Below, one piece after another: positions 43,739 through 52,693 of a DNA stretch of 64,000 nucleotides (position 1 is its first letter; each line of letters starts with the position of its first letter). The stretch is from positions 384,001 through 448,000 of the forward strand of contig CM000434.1 in the NCBI GenBank assembly GCA_000165345.1. Reading direction: 5' to 3'. The position numbers and the translations under genes were made by a program. Below the pieces are notes generated by a model, which was not told where the DNA came from, did not search any database, and saw only the letters and a list, made by a program, of their open reading frames with translations.

Positions 43739-44413
43739 ATGGTGCAAAATTCGTTTGAACTATGTAAGACTTACAACCAGTTTAAACTTAAAAATCTTAC
43801 AGAATACTCGTATTGTACTCCTGATTTGTTAGAGCTCACTCAGTTTATTATATTTAACAGCAAGTCATCATTCGATACAATAAGTGAAGTGGTAGATGTA
43901 TTTAGTTTTTTTGATACTGTCAAGCGAATTTATTATTCGTGGCAAAAAAATCCTGTTGCATCAAGACAAGTCGATTATGATTTGTTGGCACTTTTGACTG
44001 TTTTCAGAGCATCAAATTGGCTGAACTCGAATCAACACAAAATTTTAGAAGAGTATATTACAGATTTGACGGATGGATATACAAATTGGGATGTACTTTT
44101 CCCCGTTCAAAATCTCCGTATTGCAGTTGAAAGAGCACTAAAGAGTCAAGTTACAGGGATTGTGCAAGGGAGAAATGGAGTCGAGGTATGGTTTAGAGAA
44201 GGGCATATTGGTTCTAATCAAGTTTCCGGGATGGTAATTTTATCTCCCTGTTACATTCAGATCAAAGATGTGATTGATGGAAGTATGTATACATATACTG
44301 GTGGCCCATTCCCCATGTCACCTCTAGACTTTGAGGACATTTTGATGAATTGCCCGAAATCGTGGGTTTATAATACATCTATATATTCATCCAATTCAGA
44401 CTCACAATTGTAA
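43739..44413 (+). CDS. Hypothetical protein, 224 aa
   Basis: Uninterrupted ORF tightly packed between neighbours. No family recognised. Confidence 0.45.
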   Translation: MVQNSFELCKTYNQFKLKNLTEYSYCTPDLLELTQFIIFNSKSSFDTISEVVDVFSFFDTVKRIYYSWQKNPVASRQVDYDLLALLTVFRASNWLNSNQHKILEEYITDLTDGYTNWDVLFPVQNLRIAVERALKSQVTGIVQGRNGVEVWFREGHIGSNQVSGMVILSPCYIQIKDVIDGSMYTYTGGPFPMSPLDFEDILMNCPKSWVYNTSIYSSNSDSQL

Positions 44414-44464
44414 AAAATTAGTAAGCTAAATCATAATTAAATATTAATCTAGTAAGTATTTAAA

Positions 44465-45302
44465 TTAACTAGTCATTTTAATATCTTCTTCTACTTCATA
44501 TTCGAGGTTAATTTTTTTCTTTTTTGAAAGAATTTCCCTCAACTCATGCTTATGCATCGCTTCAAGTTCATCTTCTGAGTCATCATCTATGCCCTCGATA
44601 TATTCGGCCAACTCATTTTCAAGAGAATCTCCATTACTAACTTCATCTTGAGTAACATTCTCAAGATTATCTAGTGTTTTCTCAAAATTATTAGTTGGAT
44701 AGTTGTATATTCCATCATACAATCCCTCTTTAAGTCTAAGTAATAACTCATTTTCAATTTCATTTTCAATCTTTGCCGCATTAAGTGCCTTATGCTCTCT
44801 TGACGCCTCTCTTCTTTCCGTTTTTTTCTTAATTGGTACAAGCTTGGGTCTTACGGTTAATGCCATCTTTCTTGCACGAATAAGAGTTTGTCTAATTCTA
44901 GTTAACCTATGTTTGCATTTTAGTATTTGATGCTCGGGATAAACATTCTTTAAATTATCATTTATTTGGGAGATTGCAACCAAAAAATTGTTACTAAGTT
45001 TAATTTTTTCCCAAAGATATCTAGGGGTATGAGCTCTCTCAGCAGTTTTCATATATAAATAGCAATCTCCTTCGTGTTCAATAACTGTTGCATATAGTAA
45101 ATTTGATAAGGGGCATGATGTACGATTGCATAGCCCTGTTACATTATATTCGTTTCTGCAAAAAGAGGTTTTGTCGCATCTAATAAATAAAACAAGAAAA
45201 GAGTAAAGTTCATTGATTATTTCGTTGTAATAAAACTTACTTTACTTTAAATGAGCAAAAATTATTGCTAACACTATTCCATATTAACTCAGGGTCGTTC
45301 AT
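44465..45302 (-). CDS. MAK16: MAK16 (60S ribosome biogenesis protein); 2 exons: 45241-45302 and 44465-45179; intron 45180-45240 (61 nt, GTAAGT...TAG)
   Basis: Spliced N-terminus MNDPELIWNSVSNNFCSFKVK|CDKTSFCRNEYNVTGLCNRTSCPLSNLLYATVIEHEGDCYLYMKTAERAHTPRYLWEKIKLS aligns with human MAK16 [84 protein letters not shown]. Acidic C-terminal tail. Confidence 0.85.
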
Positions 45303-45353
45303 TTTTTAATAACTTTTTTTTTATTCAAAAGGTACAATTTGACTATAAAACTT

Positions 45354-45363
45354 TTACGCGCCA
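45354..45363. promoter_or_regulatory. TTACGCGCCA E2F-like GGCGC-core motif in the divergent MAK16/CDC123 promoter
   Basis: Seen directly between the two divergent start codons (45302 and 45447). Confidence 0.3.
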
Positions 45364-45446
45364 GCAATTCATCTTGTAAATCTTAGGAAATTTTTTTTTA
45401 GTGTATACCTAAAAATTACATTGGTTCATTTCATGATTGATTAATA

Positions 45447-46922
45447 ATGCATTTATATGGCTCTAATCATACTAAAAATGCCTTTTCTTTAGGAAATACA
45501 CGATCATTCGTCAAATCCATATTGGCTAACGATTATAGACTGGAATTTTTTTTGAACGATACCTACAGGCTAGACAATAAATATGTTCCGGGCGAATTAC
45601 GTGGAATAATTAATTGTGAGCGAATAAACATAGATGAAGAGCATTTGATGATTAATCACTCAGTATTTTCATTAAAAAAACACGTTTTTCTATTGTTAAA
45701 ATTAAAGATTGATAAAAAAAATAAAATAATTCAGTTATTTCCAATTGAAATTAAATATAGCCAAAACGAAAAAAATGAATATTCTTTAATTGAAGAATTG
45801 ATAGTTGAAAATAATATTGAGATTGCCGATCCTATTTCAATTCTCGAGAAAAATTTTGATTATTTTCATTTAAATGAAGCCCTTGAAAATTTATTCACGC
45901 CTAACTTAGACTCATTAATGGACTTCATATTTTTTATTTGGGCTGCAGATGATGAGTTTTGGGACAAAAATAAATTATGTGACATGGGAATATCAAAATG
46001 GTATGAAAGGCTAAGTAATTACAAATCCAAGGTTACAATAGATGGGATTTTATTTAACATTCCAGATTCATTAATACTTGAGTATTTCGAATTAGATGGC
46101 TTTGACATAAACTATGAAGCCCTATCAGAGAGCTCAAGGAAGTGCCTAGAAGATATTAATAAATCGATCAGAGAAAATACAGAGTTTTTTAGTATGGGCT
46201 TTTCACCAAAATTTACATGGTCAGCTCCTACAGACGCAACTTGGATCAATTCAAATAGAAGTATTTGTTGCAGGACTTTAGAAGAATTATTTATTCTTTT
46301 AAAAGCATCTACAAAAGTTTCTGAGGACATTGATAGAGCGAAAGAAGGAAATATAAGTAACGTATTATTGCTTAGAGAGTATGTACCAACACTAAATGAA
46401 ATGTTCGAATTTAGAGTGTTCATTGGGGGATGTAGCCTACATTCTGAATATAAAATTTTAGGTATAAGCCAAAGGCATATATGTTACTATTACAAAGAGC
46501 TTTCTGAAAACTTCAAATTGAGAACTGATATTAAATCTTGTATCATGGAATTTTTTCTGTATTCAAAAAAAGAATTGATTTTAGAATTATTCGACATTTT
46601 TAACAGTATGTGTATTGCATTTGATATATATATCTCAAATTATAAAGACAAATTATCAATTCTTATAATTGATGTACAACCTTTATTGCACGCTTCGCCC
46701 CTTTTATTCAATTTATTCGAACTCAAACTCAATTTATTGACTGAAGAAGGAACAGAGTTAGGTTTTGATATTCTAAGAACAACAGAGAATAATTCAACAA
46801 AAAACATGATTAATAATAGTTATCTAAAAGGTTTCGTTCCGGACGAACTTTTATCCGTTTCTAACTCCGACTTTTATAATAATGAAACTCTAGATAAACT
46901 AGAATGGATTGATTATAAATAG
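45447..46922 (+). CDS. CDC123: CDC123 (D123 family, eIF2 assembly factor)
   Basis: FTWSAPTDATWINSNRSICCRTLEELFILLKAS...EFRVFIGGCSLHSEYKILGISQRHICYYY parallels CDC123 (LNWSSPKDAYWINGSLKCTCLADILLLLKSS...EFRCFVKENKLIGISQRDYTQYY). Confidence 0.8.
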   Translation: MHLYGSNHTKNAFSLGNTRSFVKSILANDYRLEFFLNDTYRLDNKYVPGELRGIINCERINIDEEHLMINHSVFSLKKHVFLLLKLKIDKKNKIIQLFPIEIKYSQNEKNEYSLIEELIVENNIEIADPISILEKNFDYFHLNEALENLFTPNLDSLMDFIFFIWAADDEFWDKNKLCDMGISKWYERLSNYKSKVTIDGILFNIPDSLILEYFELDGFDINYEALSESSRKCLEDINKSIRENTEFFSMGFSPKFTWSAPTDATWINSNRSICCRTLEELFILLKASTKVSEDIDRAKEGNISNVLLLREYVPTLNEMFEFRVFIGGCSLHSEYKILGISQRHICYYYKELSENFKLRTDIKSCIMEFFLYSKKELILELFDIFNSMCIAFDIYISNYKDKLSILIIDVQPLLHASPLLFNLFELKLNLLTEEGTELGFDILRTTENNSTKNMINNSYLKGFVPDELLSVSNSDFYNNETLDKLEWIDYK

Positions 46923-46953
46923 GCACTTTCTAGACAATCTGTTTTAATTTAGA

Positions 46954-48672
46954 TTATTTACTATAATATATAGGATTCCACAGGTCAGGCGCAGAAACAA
47001 AATGTTCTTTGTAGAAATTATAATTTTTTTTAGGTATTTTGAACCCATAATTCAAGTAATCATTTATGGACTTGTCAAACTTAAAAAAAGATGAGCTCCT
47101 CCTAATAGAATTTTTTTCATTAATAAATGTTAGATTATTTTTTATGCCGGAATTACGTTGGTTTTTATCAAATTCATCAATAATTTCCTCTTGTATTATC
47201 TCTTCAATTATATCTTCAAGAGTTGCAATCCCAATTATTTCACAGTTTTCTGGCAAGGGTGTATTTGTCTTAGTTGAATATGTGTACTCATCAACATAAT
47301 TTGTGAGAATAGCAACATGGCAACGACCTTGCTGAAACATATTTAGAGCATCATAGGGGTTTGTATCTGGGGCAGTGAAAATTGGTTCTACAATATATCT
47401 ATTACAAGCTTTAGAGTCAAACAATGACTTTATTGTTATTGAGTCGTCTGGGTCAATAGTAATTAATGACTTAACTAAAAGCAATCCTTTAATATCGTGT
47501 CTATTTCCTGAATAAATGGGAATCCTAGAATGCCCTACTCTTAGTATGTCTTCCAAAAGCAAGTGATCTAGCTTTGAGTCGATGTGTAACATATATACTT
47601 TATCTAAAGGGACTGAAAGTTCAAGAAGGCTCTTATTTGCCATATCTAGTACGCCTTGAATAATTGTCACTTCATCATTCGCCAATCCACAATTTTCGAT
47701 TGTTTTAGATCCAAGCGGATTTTTACTTTCTATTCGCTTTTGGGAGCCAATAATAAATCTTTCATTGCTATCCAATAATGTTTGAAAAAATGAAGGGCTT
47801 AAATGCATTTTTTCAAAACTTTGAATTTTTCCTTTAATGTCATTATGCTGATTCTTTCCTGAATCATTTACTTGAACCTCTTCAATATAAATTTTTTTTT
47901 CAACTCGTCCGTCCATAATGTTTGGTACGACTGAAAGTAGAGATATAGGGGCATTATCAAATTCACCAGTTCTTCGATGTAACGCTATTAGTGCTTTGAG
48001 TTGGCCTCTTGCGTAGAAATTATTTGTCTTACCATTCTCCCCAATGAAATAATCCAGAAATTTACTAATTGGCCATGAAAAAACAAATAGACAAATGATG
48101 AGGCATCTAACAAAGGTTGCACAACTCGCTGCTATTCTAAGTTGGTGTTTACCTGTACAAATTGCTTGTGGTAGTATTTCACCAAAAATTAAGATTGCAG
48201 TGACTGAACAAATGACCGCAACCCAGCTTGGGATTATTCTATCAAGAAAAAGTGGAAGCGCTTCCATACAAATAGAGTTAGCAAGTAATAGGGTAACCAA
48301 TAATAGATGGTGCCTTTTTATAAGGTCGAGGGCAATACTTGCCCACCTTTTTTCGTGCTCGTTCCCTGCTTCAATTAATACGCGTAATTGAACGCTATCT
48401 AATGACATTAAACCCGTCGTTAAACCTGATAAAATTCCTCCAAAAAAAATTAGTGCTATGCTAAATAAAATACATAAATAGAATTCGATCGAACCCGTCT
48501 TATATTTGCTTTCACCTGCATCAGATACTAATTCATTGTCTGTTGAATTGCTAATTTGTAAAGCATCACACAAAATACAATGATCAGTTAATCCTAAAAT
48601 TGCCAGATAAATTATTGCAGAAATGAGTTTAGTAGATAAATACTGGCAACTTAATTTGGAACACCTCACCAT
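46954..48672 (-). CDS. CNNM/ACDP-family (DUF21 + CBS pair) putative metal (Mg2+) transporter
   Basis: Multi-TM DUF21 region with GEILPQAICTGKHQLRIAA, followed by CBS-pair-like region. 572 aa. Confidence 0.8.
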   Translation of the reverse strand: MVRCSKLSCQYLSTKLISAIIYLAILGLTDHCILCDALQISNSTDNELVSDAGESKYKTGSIEFYLCILFSIALIFFGGILSGLTTGLMSLDSVQLRVLIEAGNEHEKRWASIALDLIKRHHLLLVTLLLANSICMEALPLFLDRIIPSWVAVICSVTAILIFGEILPQAICTGKHQLRIAASCATFVRCLIICLFVFSWPISKFLDYFIGENGKTNNFYARGQLKALIALHRRTGEFDNAPISLLSVVPNIMDGRVEKKIYIEEVQVNDSGKNQHNDIKGKIQSFEKMHLSPSFFQTLLDSNERFIIGSQKRIESKNPLGSKTIENCGLANDEVTIIQGVLDMANKSLLELSVPLDKVYMLHIDSKLDHLLLEDILRVGHSRIPIYSGNRHDIKGLLLVKSLITIDPDDSITIKSLFDSKACNRYIVEPIFTAPDTNPYDALNMFQQGRCHVAILTNYVDEYTYSTKTNTPLPENCEIIGIATLEDIIEEIIQEEIIDEFDKNQRNSGIKNNLTFINEKNSIRRSSSFFKFDKSINDYLNYGFKIPKKNYNFYKEHFVSAPDLWNPIYYSK

Positions 48673-48810
48673 CCAAATGAGATGAAAATAATACTTTGAA
48701 AGTTTTAAATTTTAATCTTTTATTCTACTTATTTTAGTCTGTAAAATTTTTCCTCGATTTAATATAATTTATTCCAGTTATTTTCATGACAATTATTTTA
48801 TAAAACATTC

Positions 48811-48820
48811 AAGGCGCCTT
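48811..48820. promoter_or_regulatory. Palindromic AAGGCGCCTT (E2F-like GGCGCC core) ~45 bp upstream of the APC10 ATG
   Basis: Seen directly in the divergent CNNM/APC10 intergenic region. Confidence 0.3.
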
Positions 48821-48862
48821 AATGTTCAGATTTTTAAAAGATTTTTTCAACTATAAAATCAA

Positions 48863-49738
48863 TGGACCTTACACTATTAGAGTCAAGTATTGGAATGCCA
48901 AGTCTCCCAAATCAAACTTGTGATGATTTTATGTCCAGCTTAATTGAAATAGGAGACTTGGCATCCTGGTCCCTTTCTTCTGCTAAAGTATGTTTTTACT
49001 TGCACTTGAAAAAATAAAATACATTTCAGCCAGGAAATGGAATACAACAGTTGAGAGATAATAACTCAAGCACATTTTGGCAAAGCGATGGCCAAAGCCC
49101 ACACACAATCACGCTGAGATTTCCTAAAAAAACAAAAGTTTCGGTAATTGATCTATACCTTGCATACAAAATAGATGAAAGTTATACTCCCCAAATTATT
49201 TCTATTAGGTCTGGAAATCAAGAAAGCGATTTGGAGGAGTTGAAAGAAATGCAACTTACTGAACCAGATGGATGGGTAAGAATTCCTCTCTCCCCAAGGG
49301 AAATCGCGGATAATTTTTTTAAAGATGCAATGTAAGTAAATAATAGGTAATTCAAACAATTAATTGTTATTTTTAAGGCCTATACAAATCAAGACAATGT
49401 GCGATTCTCAAAATTATATTTCTGCATTCTGCATTCAGGTAAGAAACATCTTAGAAAATATGAACATACTTATTTATTTTAGATAGCAATACTTGCAAAT
49501 CATCAAACTGGAAGAGATACACATGTCAGGTATGTAAAGTGTGTTTATTTGAATTATTTAATATGCCTTGTTAGACAAATAAGAGTTTGGGGGCCAAGAG
49601 AAGTGAATGACAACGTTGTAGGAAAGTAAGTTAAAAATATAACTTAAAAGATTGACTAAACCTTTCAGAGTCCCAATTTCACAACCAATAAAAATGGGCA
49701 CGACGATTGATACAAGAATGTATCAGATTTTAAGATAA
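48863..49738 (+). CDS. ANAPC10: Anaphase-promoting complex subunit 10 (APC10/DOC1); 6 exons: 48863-48988, 49030-49331, 49378-49438, 49483-49529, 49575-49625, 49669-49738; introns 41-46 nt
   Basis: Spliced product ...IEIGDLASWSLSSAK|PGNGIQQLRDNNSSTFWQSDGQSPHTITLRFPKKTKVSVIDLYLAYKIDESYTPQIISIRSGN...DGWVRIPL...FCIQ|IAILANHQTGRDTHVR|QIRVWGP...VVGK|VPISQPIKMGTTIDTRMYQILR aligns along human APC10 ([35 protein letters not shown]...SDESYTPSKISVRVGN...[25 protein letters not shown]...GKFPRCTTIDFMMYRSIR). All junctions are GTAAGT/GTATGT...YAG. Confidence 0.8.
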
Positions 49739-49924
49739 AATTGTAAAGTGCAAAATTAAAAAAAATTTATTAAATTAATTCGTAATTGACACGTAACCCA
49801 ACCATATAATCTTCCACATTAGAATAGGCAAAAAATTAAATGAACATGTTATTTTATGAATAATTCTCAAATATTTAGATATAGTATTAAGTACTAAATA
49901 ATAGGTTCTTAAACGTAACTAGAA

Positions 49925-50269
49925 ATGTTGAAAATATTAGGCTTTTTGATGGCATGCTTCCAGCAAAGCAATAACCAGTATTACAAAGATGATAAATTCA
50001 AAGATTGTAGCGATTCAAATTCGCTTGTGAAGTATACATCAATTGGAATAAAAATAATAGTATATTCAATTTCATGGATAATGGTGTTAATATGGGATGC
50101 TTATGAATATGGGATGGTTTTTTATGGGCTAATATTGAGTATTTATATCTTGAAATATTACTCAAAATACTCATGTTTAAGATGTGTATTTGAAGAGATT
50201 TTTAAAAAACAAATACTGAAACATATATTCCCAAAAAGTTTAAACAAAATAGTAGAATGGCAATCTTAA
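49925..50269 (+). CDS. Possible small two-TM protein (114 aa), uncertain
   Basis: ORF with two hydrophobic segments, ending 39 bp before the SRP19 ATG. No homolog recognised. Could be a chance ORF in AT-rich DNA. Confidence 0.25.
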   Translation: MLKILGFLMACFQQSNNQYYKDDKFKDCSDSNSLVKYTSIGIKIIVYSISWIMVLIWDAYEYGMVFYGLILSIYILKYYSKYSCLRCVFEEIFKKQILKHIFPKSLNKIVEWQS

Positions 50270-50308
50270 TACGCGCATTATTTAATTTGTTAGTAATTTG
50301 TTAATAAA

Positions 50309-50821
50309 ATGAACAAGGAACGAACACAAGCGGATCAAGATACTTCAAAGTGGAAGATTATTTACCCTTCATACTTAAATAGTAATAATACAAAGTCCAG
50401 TGGTAGATTATCTTCTCTAATTCATTGTGTAGAAGATCCAACTATTGCAGAAATAGCAGAAGTATGCATCCAATTGGGAATACCTTGTAAGGTTGAGAGC
50501 AAAAGATATTCAAAGGACTGCCGAACTCTTGGAAGAGTTAGGTTTCAACTTTTTGATGAAAGTGGGAGGGCTTTTAATGATAGAATTTTGACAAAAAAAA
50601 TTCTACTCAATCAAATTGGTATAATGATACCAAAATTAAAAAATAGACAAAATACTACATCATCTGTTATTGATCATGCGAATTCAAGAAATAATAAGGC
50701 AAATATTGATGACATTCATAATGAAAATAATTGCAAAATTAAGGAAACAGACTCGATAACTTATAGCGGTGTAAACATACATTCCAGCAATGCAAAGAGC
50801 AATTCAAAAAAAAAGAAATAA
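50309..50821 (+). CDS. SRP19: Signal recognition particle 19 kDa protein (SRP19)
   Basis: KWKIIYPSYLNSNNTKSSGRLSSLIHCVEDPTIAEIAEVCIQLGIPCKVESKRYSKDCRTLGRVRFQLFDESG...IMIPKLKNRQN aligns with human SRP19 RFICIYPAYLNNKKTIAEGRRIPISKAVENPTATEIQDVCSAVGLNVFLEKNKMYSREWNRDVQYRGRVRVQLKQEDG...AEMIPKLKTRTQ. Confidence 0.85.
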   Translation: MNKERTQADQDTSKWKIIYPSYLNSNNTKSSGRLSSLIHCVEDPTIAEIAEVCIQLGIPCKVESKRYSKDCRTLGRVRFQLFDESGRAFNDRILTKKILLNQIGIMIPKLKNRQNTTSSVIDHANSRNNKANIDDIHNENNCKIKETDSITYSGVNIHSSNAKSNSKKKK

Positions 50822-50938
50822 GTCAAGAAATTAAGTAGTATAAAAGAAATATTAAATATGAACAATTTTTATCTATAATTAAAAAAATTATATAACTGAA
50901 AAAAAATTCAAAAACATAGGCATAGAGGAAATAGCATC

Positions 50939-51793
50939 TTAATTGTAGTTTTTTTGAAATTGATCATAGCTTAAAATTGAAACCAAGAACTGCTGGTTCA
51001 TCAGATCTGTCTCATCTTTCTTGCCTGTTCCACAGAGTTGTTTTTTGTCTCCTTGCCAAATAATAGTATGCAAAGAATTAATAACGAGCTTTTCTTCTTC
51101 GTATTTTTGATATATTATAGTATTGCTATCAGGCGAAATATACCTAGTCGTAAGTAAAATTATGTAATCCCATTTGTAATACTCTCTTTCTTTATTTGGA
51201 ATATCAGTATATAAGTTATCTATCGTCCACTGTATATCGTCTTTTAAACAATTACAAAGGGCAGGAACTATTTCAAGGGGAGTATTTGGAAATCTTTCAT
51301 TAACCATCAATCCAACATTTTTCTCATATATAACGGAATTAAACAGATTTTCAAATTCTTTGTTGCGACTTTTCGAAATAACTCCACTTAAATAGTCAAC
51401 AATTTTATTTAAAGTTTCTTTGTATTGACGAAAGTTCAGAATTGTAGAAAATGCAATAATACTGTCAGAAATAGAAACTGTAGTTCCTATATTACCTTGA
51501 TTACAAATCAAATCAACAAATTCATGAAATTGAATGCCCTTAATTCGAGAATATTGCGACATTAGTAAAATGTTCTTTATGCTATGGTAATCATTTTCAT
51601 TAGGGTCGTTAAATTCAAATTCTCCATCAATAACAGATTCATTATCACTAGAGTCTGAATCAGTTCTTTTAGCTTTCTTTCCGTAAGATGGGCTTTCAGT
51701 TGCTGACAAAAAAATTTCTCCATCTATAGATTCATTGTTGAAGTTTAATTGGTTAGATTCATCATCAACTCGAATATGTTTTTTTGAGCTCAT
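50939..51793 (-). CDS. BCCIP: BCCIP/Bcp1-family protein
   Basis: VIDGEFEFNDPNENDYHSIKNILL...GLMVNERFPNTPLEIVPALCNCLKDDI...KWDYIILLT parallels BCCIP (IDVDFEAYSISDNDYDGIKKLLQQL...GLLLSERFINVPPQIALPMYQQLQKEL...KCYFYLLISKT). ORF-track start 51820 is TTG; the first ATG is at 51793. Confidence 0.7.
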   Translation of the reverse strand: MSSKKHIRVDDESNQLNFNNESIDGEIFLSATESPSYGKKAKRTDSDSSDNESVIDGEFEFNDPNENDYHSIKNILLMSQYSRIKGIQFHEFVDLICNQGNIGTTVSISDSIIAFSTILNFRQYKETLNKIVDYLSGVISKSRNKEFENLFNSVIYEKNVGLMVNERFPNTPLEIVPALCNCLKDDIQWTIDNLYTDIPNKEREYYKWDYIILLTTRYISPDSNTIIYQKYEEEKLVINSLHTIIWQGDKKQLCGTGKKDETDLMNQQFLVSILSYDQFQKNYN

Positions 51794-52046
51794 AATAAAT
51801 TTGATAATATGTATATTCAAAAATCAGTTATTAATAAAGAAGAGCTATATCTATAATTTATTTCGAAATAAATTTAAATCAAAAAAGACTAAACAACTAA
51901 CCGCGCCTTCTTTGATATACTTTGAAAAGTAATTTTGACCAAAAACTTAATTGAATTATCAAAACTAACGATATAAATTAACATTATGTTGTGTAGATAA
52001 TAATTTAACACAAGAATAATTGCAAGTTAAAAAAGAGCAAACGTTG

Positions 52047-52057
52047 TTGGCGCGAAA
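52047..52057. promoter_or_regulatory. Consensus E2F-type site TTGGCGCGAAA in the divergent promoter between BCCIP and the downstream small gene (a second CCGCGCCTT at 51901-51909)
   Basis: Exact TTTSGCGCSAA-type match seen 33 bp upstream of the ATG at 52090. Confidence 0.4.
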
Positions 52058-52089
52058 TCAACAGATTTATTTAGCAAAATCATTTTAAA

Positions 52090-52487
52090 ATGGATTCTAA
52101 AGGAAAAAAAAACCTACGCTCAAGTAATGGCGACCGTAAGAAAAATGCGGTCGCAAGAGCTACTGGAGAAATGAATAAAATATTTGAAACTATACTCAAT
52201 AAGAAAGCAACTCTCAAAGCTAATTCAAGAGCGCAAAAAGAGAAGAATAAACTGGCAAAACGAACAAAAAAAGACAGTGTAATTAGAGATAATACAAATA
52301 AGAGCTTGGATATTAATTATGGCTATATTAAACCTATAAGATATCTTAATGATGGGCTACCAGTTTATAGATTGGAAGATATTAATCTAGGTAAGTAAAA
52401 CCGCATAATAGCCCGGACGATTAATTCTCAATAGGTGATGGAGGAGGCACGCCTGACTGTCCATTTGATTGCAACTGCTGTTTCTAA
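52090..52487 (+). CDS. Small Lys-rich basic protein with a putative spliced Cys-rich C-terminus (...EDINLG|DGGGTPDCPFDCNCCF); exon 1 52090-52390, intron 52391-52434 (44 nt), exon 2 52435-52487
   Basis: ORF 52090-52398 ends in GGTAAGTAA, where GTAAGT is a canonical donor. A 44-nt intron ending CAATAG fits the window's intron length class and extends the protein by 17 aa with four Cys. The unspliced reading ends ...LGK instead. No family recognised. Confidence 0.4.
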
Positions 52488-52684
52488 TTCTTTGAGGGTA
52501 AGTGTTAATCACACGCTTGTAGATAAATTGGAAAATGGATAAGCTTTTTTCAACAGTTATCTTTCAAAAAAATAGCAAATAATTAAAATGTTAATTTATT
52601 ATCAATTTAATTGTTAATTTGGCTACATTTTTTGCATATCTTTTTTCAAAAGTTTAAGGTTTAAATTGTATGCAAATTTGTTCG

Positions 52685-52693
52685 CCCCCCCCC
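52685..52693. repeat. C9 homopolymer inside a short GC-rich island (TTCGCCCCCCCCCGCAAAATCCGTACTCCCCAC) in an otherwise AT-rich spacer upstream of the kinesin gene
   Basis: Seen directly. Unusual composition for this genome. Confidence 0.8.

Noticed and set aside
52400-52550. Possible 7SL/SRP RNA or snRNA in the GC-rich island
   Set aside because: No conserved U1/U2/U4/U5/U6 sequence blocks. The similarity to the Alu domain is short and weak. The segment is better explained as the Cys-rich 3' exon of gene 52090 plus promoter DNA.
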